Assembly: GCF_009914755.1 (NCBI RefSeq)
Contig: NC_060927.1
DNA from: the human T2T-CHM13v2.0 reference genome, Homo sapiens
DNA: 64,000 bases
Strand: one strand, 5' to 3'
Below are positions 24,633 to 36,622 of this stretch, piece by piece. How positions within the stretch are numbered: the first letter of the stretch is position 1; each line of letters starts with the position of its first letter. The notes under the pieces were generated by a model. It did not search any database, was not told the origin of the DNA, and saw only the letters and a program-made list of their open reading frames with translations. The position numbers were made by a program, and so were the translations under genes.

Positions 24633-27600
24633 ATGACAGGATCAAATTCACACATAACAATACTAACCTTAAATGTAAATGGGCTAAATTTCCCCAATTA
24701 AAAGACACAGACTGGCAAACTGGATAAAGAGTCAAGACCCATCAGTGTGCTGTATTCAGGAAACCCATCTCACATGCAGAGACGCATAGACTCAAAATAA
24801 AGGGATGGAGGAAGATCTAACAAGCAAATGGAAAGGAAAAAAATCAGGGGTTGCAATCCTAGTCTCTGACAATAAAACACACTTTAAACCAACAAAGATC
24901 AAAAGAGACAAAGAAGGCCATTACATAATGGTATAGGGATCAATTCAACAAGAAGAGCTAACTATCCTAAATATATATGCACCCAATACAGGAGCAGCCA
25001 GATTGATCAAGCAAGTCCTTAGAGACCTACAAAGAGACTTAGACTCCCATACAATAATAATGGGAGACTTTAACACCCCACTGTCAACATTAGACAGATC
25101 AATGAGACAGAAGGTTAACAAGGATATCCAGGACTTGAACTCAGCTCTGCACCAAGCCAACCTCATAGACATCTACAGAACTCTCCACCCCAAATCAACA
25201 GAATATACATTCTTCTCAGCACCACATCGCACTTATTCTAAAATTGACTACATAGTTGGAAGTAAAGCACTCTTCAGCAAATGTAAAAGAACAGGAATCA
25301 CAACAAACTGTCTCTCAGACCACAGTGCAATCAAATTAGAACTCAGGATTAAGAAACTCACTCAGAACTGCACAACTACATGGAAACTGAACAACCTGCT
25401 CCTGAATGACTACTGGGTAAATAAAGAAATGAAGGCAGAAATAAAGATGTTCTTTGAAACCAATGAGAACAAAGAAACAACATACCAGAATCTCTGGGAC
25501 ACATTTAAAGCCGTGTGTAGAGGGAAATTTATAGCACTAAATGCCCATAAGAGAAAGCAGTAAAGATCTAAATTTGAGACTCTAATATCACAATTAAAAG
25601 AACTAGAGAAGCAAGAGCAAACACATTCAAAAGCTAGCAGAAGACAAGAAATAACTAAGATCAGAAAAGAACTGAAGGAGATAGAGACACAAAAAACCCT
25701 TCAAAAAGTCAATGAATCCAGGAGCTGGTTTTTTGAAAAGATCAACAAAATTGATAGACCACTGGCAAGACTAATAAAGAAGAAAAGAGAGAAGAATCAA
25801 ATAGATTCGATAAAAAATGATAAAGGGGATATCACCACCAATCCCACAGAAATACAAATTACCATCAGAGAATACTATAAACACCTCTACACAAATAAAG
25901 TAGAAAATCTAGAAGAAACTGATAAATTCCTGGACACATACACGCTTCCAAGACTAAATCAGGAAGAAGTTGACTCTCTGAATAAACCAATAACAGGCTC
26001 TGAAATTGAGGCAATAATCAATAACCTACCAAACAAAAAAAGTCCAGGACCAGATGGATTCACAGCCAAATTCTACCAGAGGTACAAAGAGGAGCTGATA
26101 CCATTCCTTCTGAAACTATTCCAATAGATAGAAAAAGAGGGAATCCTCCCTAACTCATTTTATGAGGACAGCACCATCCTGATACCAAAGCCTGGCAGAG
26201 ATACACAAAAAAAGAGAATTTTAGACCAATATCCCTGATGAACATTGATGCAAAAATCCTCAATAAACTACTGGCAAACGGAATCCAGAAGCACATCAAA
26301 AAGTTTATCCACCACAATCAAGTAGGCTTCATCCCTGGGATGCAAGGCTGTTTCAACATATGCAAATCAATAAACTTAATCGATCACATAAACAGAACCA
26401 ATGACAAAAAACACATGATTATCTCAATAGATGCAGAAAAGGCTTTTGAAAAAATTAAACAGCCTTCATGCTAAAAACTCTCAATAAGCTAGGCATTGAT
26501 GGAAGGTATCTCAAAATAATAAGAGCTATTTATGACAAACCCACAGCCAATAACATACTGAATGGGCAAAAACTGGAAGCATGCCCTTTGAAAACTGGCA
26601 CAAGACAGGGATGCCCTCTCTCACCACTCCTATTCAACATAGCATTGGAAGTTCTGGCCAGGGAAATCAGGCAAGAGAAAGAAATAAAGGGTATTCAGTT
26701 AGGAAATGAGGAAGTCAAATTGTCTCTGTTTGCAGATGACATGATTGTATATTTAGAAAACCCCATCATCTCAGCCCCAAATCTACTTAAGGGGATAAGC
26801 AACTTCAGCAAAGTCTCAGGATACAAAATCAATGTGCAAAAACCACAAGCATTCCTATACACCAATAACAGACAAACAGAGAGCCAAATCATGAGTGAAC
26901 TCCCACCATTCACAATTGCTTCAAAGAGAATAAAATACCTCGGAATCCAACTTACAAGGCATGTGAAGGAACTCTTCAAGGAGAACTACAAACCACTGCT
27001 CAATGAAATAAAAGAGGACACAAACAAACGGAAGAACATTCCATGTTCATGGATAGGAAGAATCAATACCATGAAAATGGCCATACTGCCCAAGGTAATT
27101 TACAGATTCAATGCCATTCCCATCAAGCTACCAATGACTTTCTTCACAGAACTGGAAAAAACTACTTTAAAGTTCATATGGAGCCAAAAAAAAGCCCACA
27201 TCACCAAGTCAATCCTAAGCCAAAAGAAAAAAGCTGGAGGCATCACTCTACAAGGCTATACTATACTATACTACAAGGCTACAGTAACAAAAACAGCATG
27301 GTCCTGGTACCAAAACAGAGATATAGACTAATGGAACAGGACAGAGGCCTCAGAAATAACACCACACATCTACAACCATCTGATCTTTGACAAACCTGAC
27401 AAAAACAAGAAATGGGGAAAGGATTCCCTATTTAATAAATGGTGCTAGGAAAACTGGCTAGCCATATGTAGAAAGCTGAAACTGGATCCCTTCTTTACAC
27501 CTTGTCAAAAATTAATTCAAGATGGATTAAAGACTTAAATGTTAGACCTAAAACCATAAAAACCCTAGAAGAAAACCTAGGCAATACCATTCAGGATATA

Positions 27601-28456
27601 GGCATGGGCAAGGACTTCATGACTAAAATACCAAAAGCAACAGCAACAAAAGCCAAAATTGACAAATGGGATCTAACTAAACTAAAGAGCTTCTGCACAG
27701 CAAAAGAAACTACCATCAGAGTGAACAGGCAACCTACAGAATGGGAGAAAATTTTTGCAGTCTACTCATCTGACAAAGGGCTAATATCCAGAATCTACAA
27801 TGAACTCAGACAAACTTACAAGAAGAAAACAAACAACCCCATCAACGAGTGGGCAAAGGATATGAACGGACACTTCTCAAAAGAAGACATTTATGCAGCC
27901 AAAAGACACATGAAGAAATGCTCATCATCAGTGGCCATCAGAGAAATGCAAATCAAAACCACAGTGAGATACCATCTCACACCAGTTAGAATGGCGATCA
28001 TTAAAAAGTCAGGAAGCAACAGGTGCTGGAGAGGAAGTGGAGACACTTTTACACTGTTGGTGGGACTGTAAACTAGTTCAACCATTGTGGAAGACAGTGT
28101 GGCCATTCCTCAAGGATCTAGAACTGGAAATACCATTTGACCCAGCGATCCCATAACTGGGTATATGCCCAAAGGATTATAAATCATGCTACTATAAAGA
28201 CACATACACACGTATGTTTATTGCGGCACTATTCACAATAGCAAAGACTTGGAACCAACCCAAATGTCCATCAATGATAGACTGGATTAAGAAAATGTGG
28301 CACATATATACCATGGAATACTACGCAGCCATAAAAAAGGATGACTTCATGTCCTTTGCAGGGACATGGATGAAGCTGGAAACCATCATTCTTAGCAAAC
28401 TACCACAAGGACAGAAAACCAAACACCACATGTTCTCACTCATAGGTGGCAATTGA
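24633..28456 (+). pseudogene. L1 ORF2p (endonuclease/reverse transcriptase), disrupted
   Basis: ATGACAGGA start; EN motifs MGDFNTPL and SDHSAI; RT motifs QGCPLSP and FADD; broken into several pieces by stops and frameshifts. Confidence 0.95.
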
Positions 28457-28687
28457 ACAATGAGAACATGTGGACACAGAGCAGGGAACATCACACACAG
28501 GGACCTGTCATGGGGTGGGGGGCAGTGGGAGGGATAGCATTAGGACAAATATCTAATGTAAATGATGAGTTAATGGATGCAGCAAATCAATAAGACACAT
28601 GTGTGCCTATGTAACAAACATACATGTTGTGCACATGTACCCTAGAACTTAAAGTATAATAAAAAAAAATTTTTTAAATAAGTGTTT

Positions 28688-29027
28688 AAATATAATTTTT
28701 ATAGAAAGTATAGAAAATAACGTAGACCTTTACCTTTCTCTAATACAATTGACTTGTACTTTTTAAGTTTCTTTCAGCTTCACAATTTGTTTTTGGCAAT
28801 GCCCTATACATTTTTGAATTGTTGTCATGTTTGGGATAAACCTCAATCTAGTGTCTTTCCTATGTGCATGCTATAATTTCAGAGCATTTCATGTTTTTTC
28901 ATCTAGACACTAACCTAAAACATGATTTAACTTAATGACACCAATTGACAAGTTTGTCTTAGAATTATTTTATCTTCAACAATTTTGGTGGTACTCAAAT
29001 CATCGAGAAATTAAAAATCTTTTCTGA
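28688..29027 (+). mobile_element. MER115/Zaphod-like fragment 3
   Basis: AAGTTTCTTTCAGCTTCACAA...TTGTTGTCATGTTTGGGATAAACCTC resembles the internal consensus. Confidence 0.5.
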
Positions 29028-29500
29028 ATGCACACGTATGTTTATTGTGGCACTATTCACAATAGCAAAGACTTGGAACCAACCCAAATGTCCAACAATG
29101 ATAGACTGGATTAAGAAAATGTGGCACATATACACCATGGAATACTATGCAGCCATAAAAAATGATGAGTTCATGTCCTTTGTAGGGACATGGATGAAAT
29201 TGGAAATCATCATTCTCAGTAAACTATCACAAGAACAAAAAACCAAACACCGCATGTTCTCACTCATAGGTGGGAATTGAACAATGAGAACACATGGACA
29301 CAGGAAGGGGAACATCACGCTCTGGGGACTGTTGTGGGGTGGGGGGAAGGGGGAGGTATATTAGGAGATATATCTAATGCTAAATGACGAGTTAATGGGT
29401 GCAGCACACCAACATGGCACATGTATACATATGTAACTAACCTGCGCATTATGCACATGTACCCTAAAACTTAAAGTATAATAATAATAAAATAAAAAAG
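29028..29500 (+). mobile_element. 5'-truncated young L1PA (PA2-4-like), ~470 bp
   Basis: ORF 29038..29280 (..SFVGTWMKLEIIILSKLSQEQKTKHRMFSLIGGN), 3'UTR, (AAT)n/A tail; no TSD visible. Confidence 0.93.
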
Positions 29501-29509
29501 TATATAAAA

Positions 29510-29792
29510 AAAGTCAAACTAAATTTATTCCCAAATCAAATTCTCTTTAGTTGGATTTCAGAAATAGCCCTGGCCAACTCCAATGCTACTAATATGAGAC
29601 ATGTGACAGAGAAAAAGTTGGAGTAGAAGGAGACAGCAGTCTTAACCAATTGCAGTTAAATTCCTTGTTTTTCAAAAATTACCAAAATTTTGACCATTTC
29701 AACATATGCTTGGCCTCCTCCCAAGATCTCAGAAGCCTCCCCACAGATAAAGCTTAATAAGCTTCATTAGCTTCATAACAAATTTATCTCTG
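29510..29792 (+). mobile_element. MER115/Zaphod-like fragment 4 (3' end)
   Basis: AAGCTTCATTAGCTTCATAACAAATTTATCTCTG resembles the family's 3' terminus. Confidence 0.55.
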
Positions 29793-29810
29793 CAAATTTA
29801 ACTGACCTAC

Positions 29811-30168
29811 TGATATGGTTAGGCTTTGTGCCCTCACCCAAATCTCATCTTGAATTGTAATCCCCAGGAATTGTAATCTAGGAAGAGGCCTGGAGGGAGG
29901 TGACTGGATCATGGCGGCGGTTTCTCCCCTGCTGTTCTCATGATAGTAAGTGAGTCCTGATGTTTTTGTAAGCCTCTGGTATTTCCCCTGCTTGCACTTC
30001 TCTCTCCTGTTGCCTTGTGGAAAAGGACAGGTTTGTGTTCCCTTTCCCCACGATTGTAAGTTTCCTGAGGCCTCCCCAGCCATGTGGAACTGTGAGTCAA
30101 TTAAACCTCTTTCCTTTATAAGTTACCCAGTCTCAGATATGCCTTTATAGCTGCATGAGACTAACATA
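29811..30168 (+). mobile_element. THE1 solo LTR
   Basis: TGATATGGTT start, AAGTTTCCTGAGGCCTCCCCAGCCATG, end CTAACATA; TSD CCTAC/TCTAC. Confidence 0.92.
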
Positions 30169-30359
30169 TCTACCCACTAGAAAAATAACTCTCTCACCTT
30201 ACTATTCCTAGCAGCCTTGACAACAACTGATACATAGTAAAGTCTGGATAAATCTTTGAAAATTAAATAAAATAGGTTGTACTGTGATTAATATAATCAG
30301 TAAAATTCAATTAGCCATGTGGTAAAAATTATATTAAAAAAGCTTTTGAATGTACTAGA

Positions 30360-30600
30360 CAAAGCAATATGGTGTAACAATAGAGCATAAGCTTTGGAGC
30401 TAGGATTCTTGACTCCATTATACACAAGTTAATTGTCTCAGCCTTTTCTATGCCTCAGTTTCCTCTTCTGAAAATGAAGATCATATGCTAGTAACACTAG
30501 TAGCCCACCATGTAGGATTGTGAGGATTAAATGTATTAATACATGTAAAATGCTTAAAGAGTTTTTAACACATAATAAACATCAGTTAAATGTAGCTATC
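30360..30600 (+). mobile_element. MIR SINE
   Basis: TGCCTCAGTTTCCTCTTCTGAAAATG...TTGTGAGGATTAAATG...TGTAAAATGCTTA. Confidence 0.75.
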
Positions 30601-30988
30601 TTTTTGTTTAAAATAAAAACTTTCCTTCCCTCTTTCCAAAAATGTTAGCACATTTCCAAAAGGTAGCACAAACAAAATATAATTCCAAAGGTTAAAATAC
30701 AGTTAATACCTGGGATAATCCAAATGATCTGTAAATTAAGGATAAGAAAAATAATCAAAGCCAGGAGTTAAGTCATTCTGTGAAATGAAAAATGTCATGT
30801 GAAGAAAGTTTCCTTATTCTACGTAGAAGTAGGAAGCAAATCTGGCTCTATGAACCCTGTAAGCAGGAAAGTTCAGCTGAAGAACACCTTTGGGATATTT
30901 CACCAACAGCATTTCTTTAATCTGTCCTGCTATTTGGCAAAAGTTACTGAAGACATATTAGTATTTAAGTCTCAAACACCTCTCCATC

Positions 30989-31441
30989 TGTGGAGACAAA
31001 AGCGACTCCATCTTGGATGCTAATCTGCCATGTTAACTTCTGATTAACCTCAGTTCCATAAATGCCTCCTGATTCCTACTTTATTGACTGTCCTTATTGT
31101 AAGAACATGTATTCACTATAACTCCTGCCTTTGGATCAAAGTAACTTTGATGATATCACACAAATTATAGGCTATGGTACCTACAACATTCTTCCCTGTT
31201 CTGGAGGGTTGCCTTTATAGAGCACATGTATCCTTTCTCTATGGTATATAAGTCATGGGTCTGGGTAGTAACAGTGCTGAGATCTACCTGTCTTGCTGCC
31301 ACCCAAGACCATGCTTCCATTTTTAAGTTCCCCCCATAAACCACCCTTTCCAAGAAACTGAATTTGTCTGCTGCATCCTTTGGTTTCTTGGCTCCTTTGG
31401 TATTTGGGGGCCACTTTGCATATACAGTCCTGCACAGAACA
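30989..31441 (+). mobile_element. ERV solo LTR (LTR47-like)
   Basis: TG...CA termini (TGTGGAGACAAAAGCGACTCCATCTTGG ... CACAGAACA), TATA-like TATATAAG at ~31246; TSD CCATC/TCATC. Confidence 0.75.
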
Positions 31442-32424
31442 TCATCTTTCTCATCACCTTTTGATCTTACATAATAGAGAAGCATTTGAATTTGTCAAGC
31501 GTTCCTAGGAGTACTCTGCTCTCCAGTGATTGGCTGAGATTTATGAAGCAGGTGCTGATAGGGTGACTGGGGAGGGTGGGTAGGAATGAAAGGTATACTT
31601 CATTTCTAATGCTGCTTGTGATTATTTGGGGCCAACTGAGGGAATGCAGAAAAAAACTGGCATCCAAATCTAACATTTCTTAACATTTTCTTTTGCAAAA
31701 TAAGTATGCTAAACTTTTAAAGGCATTGTATGTGATCCACTGGTAAGGATAAAGCATTTTCAAATTTTATGCAACACTGCAGATTTTCATTGCCCTAACC
31801 CAAGGGATCTTCAAAAGCTATAACACATTTGCTCCCAGAACTGTAATTCTCTGATCCAAAAAAGAAATTGAGGCAATTCCTAAGTTACCTTTTCATTATT
31901 CTTTTTTCAGTTTCTTTTAAAAACAAGCCTTTAATGTGTCTCTAAATGTTAGTGCCTCCTTCAAGATAAAAATCCCTGAGTACCACTTCAAACTTGATGC
32001 TTGCCATTAGAGCTCATAAAGAACATCTACCTTCCACTTAAATTACTATTTCAGTTAAACCTGTTAATGTAAATTATGGTACTCTTTGGAGCCATATAGA
32101 TTTGCCAAGCACTATTTGGCTACAGAAAGAATATGAGCCATGAGTTAAAAGAATTTCATGATATATCGTTTTGAATTATTGATGTTACATGCCTATAATA
32201 GAAATCAATGTGCCAACTCTAGAATTTTTTGTTATATTCATGGGAATACTGAGAAAACGACTTTTAAAAAATTCTTGAAGGCTTTTATATGCCAAGACCA
32301 AGGAAAATTTGGTATAGGAACAAAACATGTTTCAGGTTTCTTTGGAATAACAGACATAATCACGTTGATTTTTACCAGCAGACCAAAAATGAGACACATC
32401 CTTAATATAACTTTGCATTTTTCT

Positions 32425-33400
32425 GAATTTTTAAATTGTGATAAAATATACATATGTAACACAAAATTCACCATTTTAACCATTTTTAAGTGTACCATTC
32501 AGTGGCATTTGTTACACTCACAGTGTTGTGCAACTGACACGACTATTTCCAAAACGTTTTCATCATTCCAAGCAGAAACTCTATAACCATAAGGCAATAA
32601 CTTCTCACTCCTTCTGTTCCCCACCAGTTCCAGATGACCTCCTCCACTTTCAGTCTCCATGAATTTTCCCATTCTAGAAATTCTGTATAGATACAATCAT
32701 ACAATATCTGTCCCTTGCGTCTGGCTCATTTCACTTTAGCATAATGTTTTCAAGGTTCATCCATATCATAGCGGGTAAAGGAATTTCATTTATTTTAATA
32801 GTTGAATACTAATCCATTCTATGTATATACCACATTTGTTTATCCATGTATCTGTTGATGGACATTTGGAGTGTTTCCACCTTTTAGCTACTATAAATAA
32901 AGCTACCATGAACAAATATCTGTTTCACTCCCTATTTTCAATTATTTGCCATATATATGTAAGAATAGAATTTTGGGGGGTATATACCTAGCAGTGGAAT
33001 TCCTGCCAGCAATATACAAGTGTTCTAATTTTTCCACATCCTTGTGACACTTGTTATTTTCTGTATTTTAAAAAAATTATCATAGCTATTCTAGTAGGTG
33101 CGAAGTGGTACCTCATAGTTATTTTGATTTGTGTTTCCCTAATAACTAGTAATTTCGAGCTTTGTTTGTGTGTGCTTATTGCCATTTATCTTCCTTTGAG
33201 AAATGTCTATTCACGTCCCTTGCCCATTTTAAAACTGAATTGTCTTTTTGTTGGTGAGTTTTAGGAGTTCTTTGTATATTCTGGCATATTAAACTATTAT
33301 CATTATCATATACATAATTTGCAGATATTTTCTCCCATTTGTAGGTTGTCTTTTCATTTTCTTGATAGTGAAAACTTACCTTTTTAAGAAGAGCATTTAA
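32425..33400 (-). mobile_element. L1MB-type 3' end
   Basis: ORF 33176..33421 (KWEKISANY...[14 protein letters not shown]) plus L1M 3'UTR. Confidence 0.85.
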
Positions 33401-34651
33401 ATTTTTCTCTTTGGGAGACAAAGGTATGCAAGAGTAATTAAAATACTAATCATGACAGTAATTGAAAATGCTATGATGGAAATGGATTTTCCTCTCAACT
33501 GATTCCTTATTCTAATGTGGACTACATTAACTAATTTTATTTCTCGTAGATATAAATGAAAGCTCATTTTAGAGATATCTCCATAATAAATAGTTTTCAG
33601 ACTAAAAAGGATGAAATTGAAGAAAAACTGAACATTTGTTTCATTTATAGAACAATTTTCTCACCTACACCTAAGAAATCATTTACATTATTGGATTCAG
33701 GTAATGCTGATTAGAATAGAATCTACTTTATTGGAGGAAGAAATTATGTAAGTTTAGTGGAAAGAGAACACAATAAGTCTGCAAATTTAAGGGGATATGT
33801 ATGGGTTTGTAATATATTACAGAAAAAGAGGAAAGATAAAGTAATTGAAGAGTATCCTCATTCTTGGGAACACAACACTTAGATAAGCCAAGAAGACAGC
33901 TGAAATTTAACTAAATGCACAGAGCATATAACTGAAACCAAACTGTGCAAACTCAACTCCTAGTTTCCCTGCTATGAAACTTTCTCCTCATATTTATGAT
34001 ATTATAAGAAAAGCCCCAAGCACATGCAGTGCCTGGAATTAGGGATGGAGCTAGATTAACCTTAGGGGGACTGGGGAGGAGTTCAGGGAGAGGCAAATAT
34101 TAGAACCAAAGAACAAACTCTTGTTGGAAGGAAAAAAGACGTTATATGGAGGCTGCATGATCAAGAGCTTCATTTTTATTTTTCTAAAGAAAACTTCATA
34201 AAATCCCTTGGGAAGCATAGAGAAAAGAATTAACTATGAAGTAATGTAAATTACATTAAAAAACTCAGAACAGACAGCTGATGAGTTATGAAAGTCTTCA
34301 TAACATTGAGAATCAAAGTCTCTTCTCAGTGAAGTTTGGAAAGGTATATGTGCAACTAGACTTGACAGAATCACTGACATCTAGGGTTTTCAATCATCTC
34401 ACAATGCAAGTATACCAGAAGAGTGCACAGAGTGATAGTATCCTAATAGCATTGTCACTTGAAAAAAGAATGTAGCAGAACCTGACAATTTGCCATGGTA
34501 TTTAAAGTTGGAGAAGTGTTTTTCTAAAATGCTATTTTCTATATTAAATAAAGGAATGTTCCTTCTTAAATAATTCTTGTGTGTGAGTGTGTGTGTATAT
34601 ATAATCGGTCAAATAATGTTCCAGCTAAAGGTTGGATAAGAAATCATAACT

Positions 34652-35593
34652 TAATCCAGTCTATCATTGTTGGACATTTGGGTTGGTTCCAAGTCTTTGC
34701 TATTGTGAATAGTGCCGCAATAAATACACGTGTGCATGTGTCTTTATAGCAGCATGATTTATAGTCCTTTGGGTATATACCCAGTAATGGGATGGCTGGG
34801 TCAAATGGTATTTCCAGTTCCAGATCCCTGAGGAATCGTCACACTAATTGCCACAATGGTTGAACTAGTTTACAGTCCCACCAACAGTGTAAAAGTGTTC
34901 CTATTTCTCCACATCCTCTCCAGCACCTGTTGTTTCCTGACTTTTTAATGATTGCCATTCTAACTGGTGTGAGATGGTATCTCTTTGTGGTTTTGATTTG
35001 CATTTCTCTGATGGCCAGTGATGGTGAGCATTTTTTCATGTGTTTTTTGGCTGCATAAATGTCTTCTTTTGAGAAGTGTCTGTTCATGTCCTTTGCCCAC
35101 TTTTTGATGGGGTTGTTTTTTTCTTGTAAATTTGTTTGAGTTCATTGTAGATTCTGGAAAATGTGGCACATATACACCATGGAATACTATGCAGCCATAA
35201 AAAAGGATGAGTTCATGTCCTTTGTAGGGACATGGATGAAATTGGAAATCATCATTCTCAGTAAACTATCGCAAGGACAAAAAACCAAACACCGCATGTT
35301 CTCACTCATAGGTGAGAATTGAACAATGAGAACACATGGACACAGGAAGGGGAACATCACACTCTGGGGACTGTTGTGGGGTGGGGGGAAGGGGGAGGGA
35401 TAGCATTAGGAGATATACCTAATGCTAAATGACAAGTTAATGGGTGCAGCACACCAGCATGGCACATGTATACATATGTAACTAACCTGCACATTGTGCA
35501 CATGTACCCTAAAACTTAAAGTATAATAATAATAAAAACAACAACAACAAAAAATAATAAAATTCCATTGTAAAGCTCACACACACACAAAAA
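34652..35593 (+). mobile_element. 5'-inverted (twin-primed) L1PA3/4-like insertion with a short 3' extension
   Basis: Antisense L1 34652-35158, sense L1 35157-35530; perfect TSD AAGAAATCATAACT at 34638-34651 and 35594-35607. Confidence 0.95.
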
Positions 35594-36439
35594 AAGAAAT
35601 CATAACTATCTAACACCTTATTCTTCAGGGGACCTCAGGGCAAAAGAGCATGACAACTCAAGAACTCAAGGTGAAAATACTTAGGGTAAAAATGCTTTGC
35701 ATAGTTAAAATATATACCTAATCCAAACAGGTGGGAAAAGGATCTTATCCTTACCACCAAGGTCTGAGCCCAGCTAAGCCAGTCAAAATGTCTTGTTACA
35801 AAGTATGCATGTATATAGCAAGTGTGTATGTCATTTTTCATAAGAAATCCTAATATATTCCAGAATGCACGAATTTTTAAGCCTTGTTATCTGAGAGAAA
35901 CAAGAGTATTTTCACACAGTTGTGTGGTCACCAATAAAACCTAGGATAATCCTAGCAATTAAATTGAAATGCTGTCCTTGTATGTGTATGTGTGTGCATA
36001 TGTGTATGTGACTTAATATCCCCCATTCTCCTTCACCTCCATGATGCTGCAGTATGTATGTAGCCCCCCACTGCTCATTTTGTACTTCCTGGATTGTGTT
36101 CCAATAATGTTTTTGCTCTGAGATAACAGGGAAAGACCACATCCCTGTGAGCAGGCAGTGAGTCCCTCCCTAACCCAGATTCTTATTTTGTGAAAGGGAG
36201 AGAGATAGTCCTGAGGCAAGAAGTTGATTTTGGGAAGACATATCTCTGGGTCTCACACCCTACTTGTCTGGACTTGAAGAAGTCAATTCAAAATTAAGAA
36301 CACTCCTAGATGTTGGAGAACAGTATCTCATGACACTTTGAGACAAGACTAGGTGGGAACACTCTGGTGTAGGCCAAAGGCTGAAGAGAAATCAGAAGCC
36401 AGATTCATGAGCCAGGTTATCAAATTACACATCGCCAGC

Positions 36440-36622
36440 TCTGTCTCTTTCCTTTGTGTTTTCCCACAGTGTTTGGTAAACCTATTTTTAAATTGTCTTG
36501 GTGTATGGAATAATGCAAACTCCATGTGAGAAGGAATATTTGTGTGTTTTGTTAACTGCTGTATCCCCTGTGTCTAGAACAGGACTAGGCAGTAAATAAA
36601 TATTTGATGAAGAATGAATGAG
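36440..36622 (+). mobile_element. L2 3' end
   Basis: TTGTTAACTGCTGTATCCCC...TAGAACAG...AAATATTTGATGAAGAATGAATG. Confidence 0.7.

Larger units (their letters stand above)
22498..28676 (+). mobile_element. Full-length L1PA (L1PA6/7-like, ~6.2 kb), retrotransposition-defective
   Basis: 5' CAAGATGCCTGAATAGGAATAGCTCC, ~1040-bp 5'UTR, ORF1, ORF2, 3'UTR, A-tail; TSD AATAAG(C/T)GTTT at 22487-22497 and 28677-28687. Confidence 0.97.

Noticed and set aside
26468-27331. 287-aa ORF with an RT FADD motif as a novel RT system
   Set aside because: It is a frameshift-bounded piece of ordinary L1 ORF2 inside a full-length L1.
32158-32586. 142-aa plus-strand ORF
   Set aside because: The second half is antisense L1 3'UTR; AT-driven composition and no recognisable domain.
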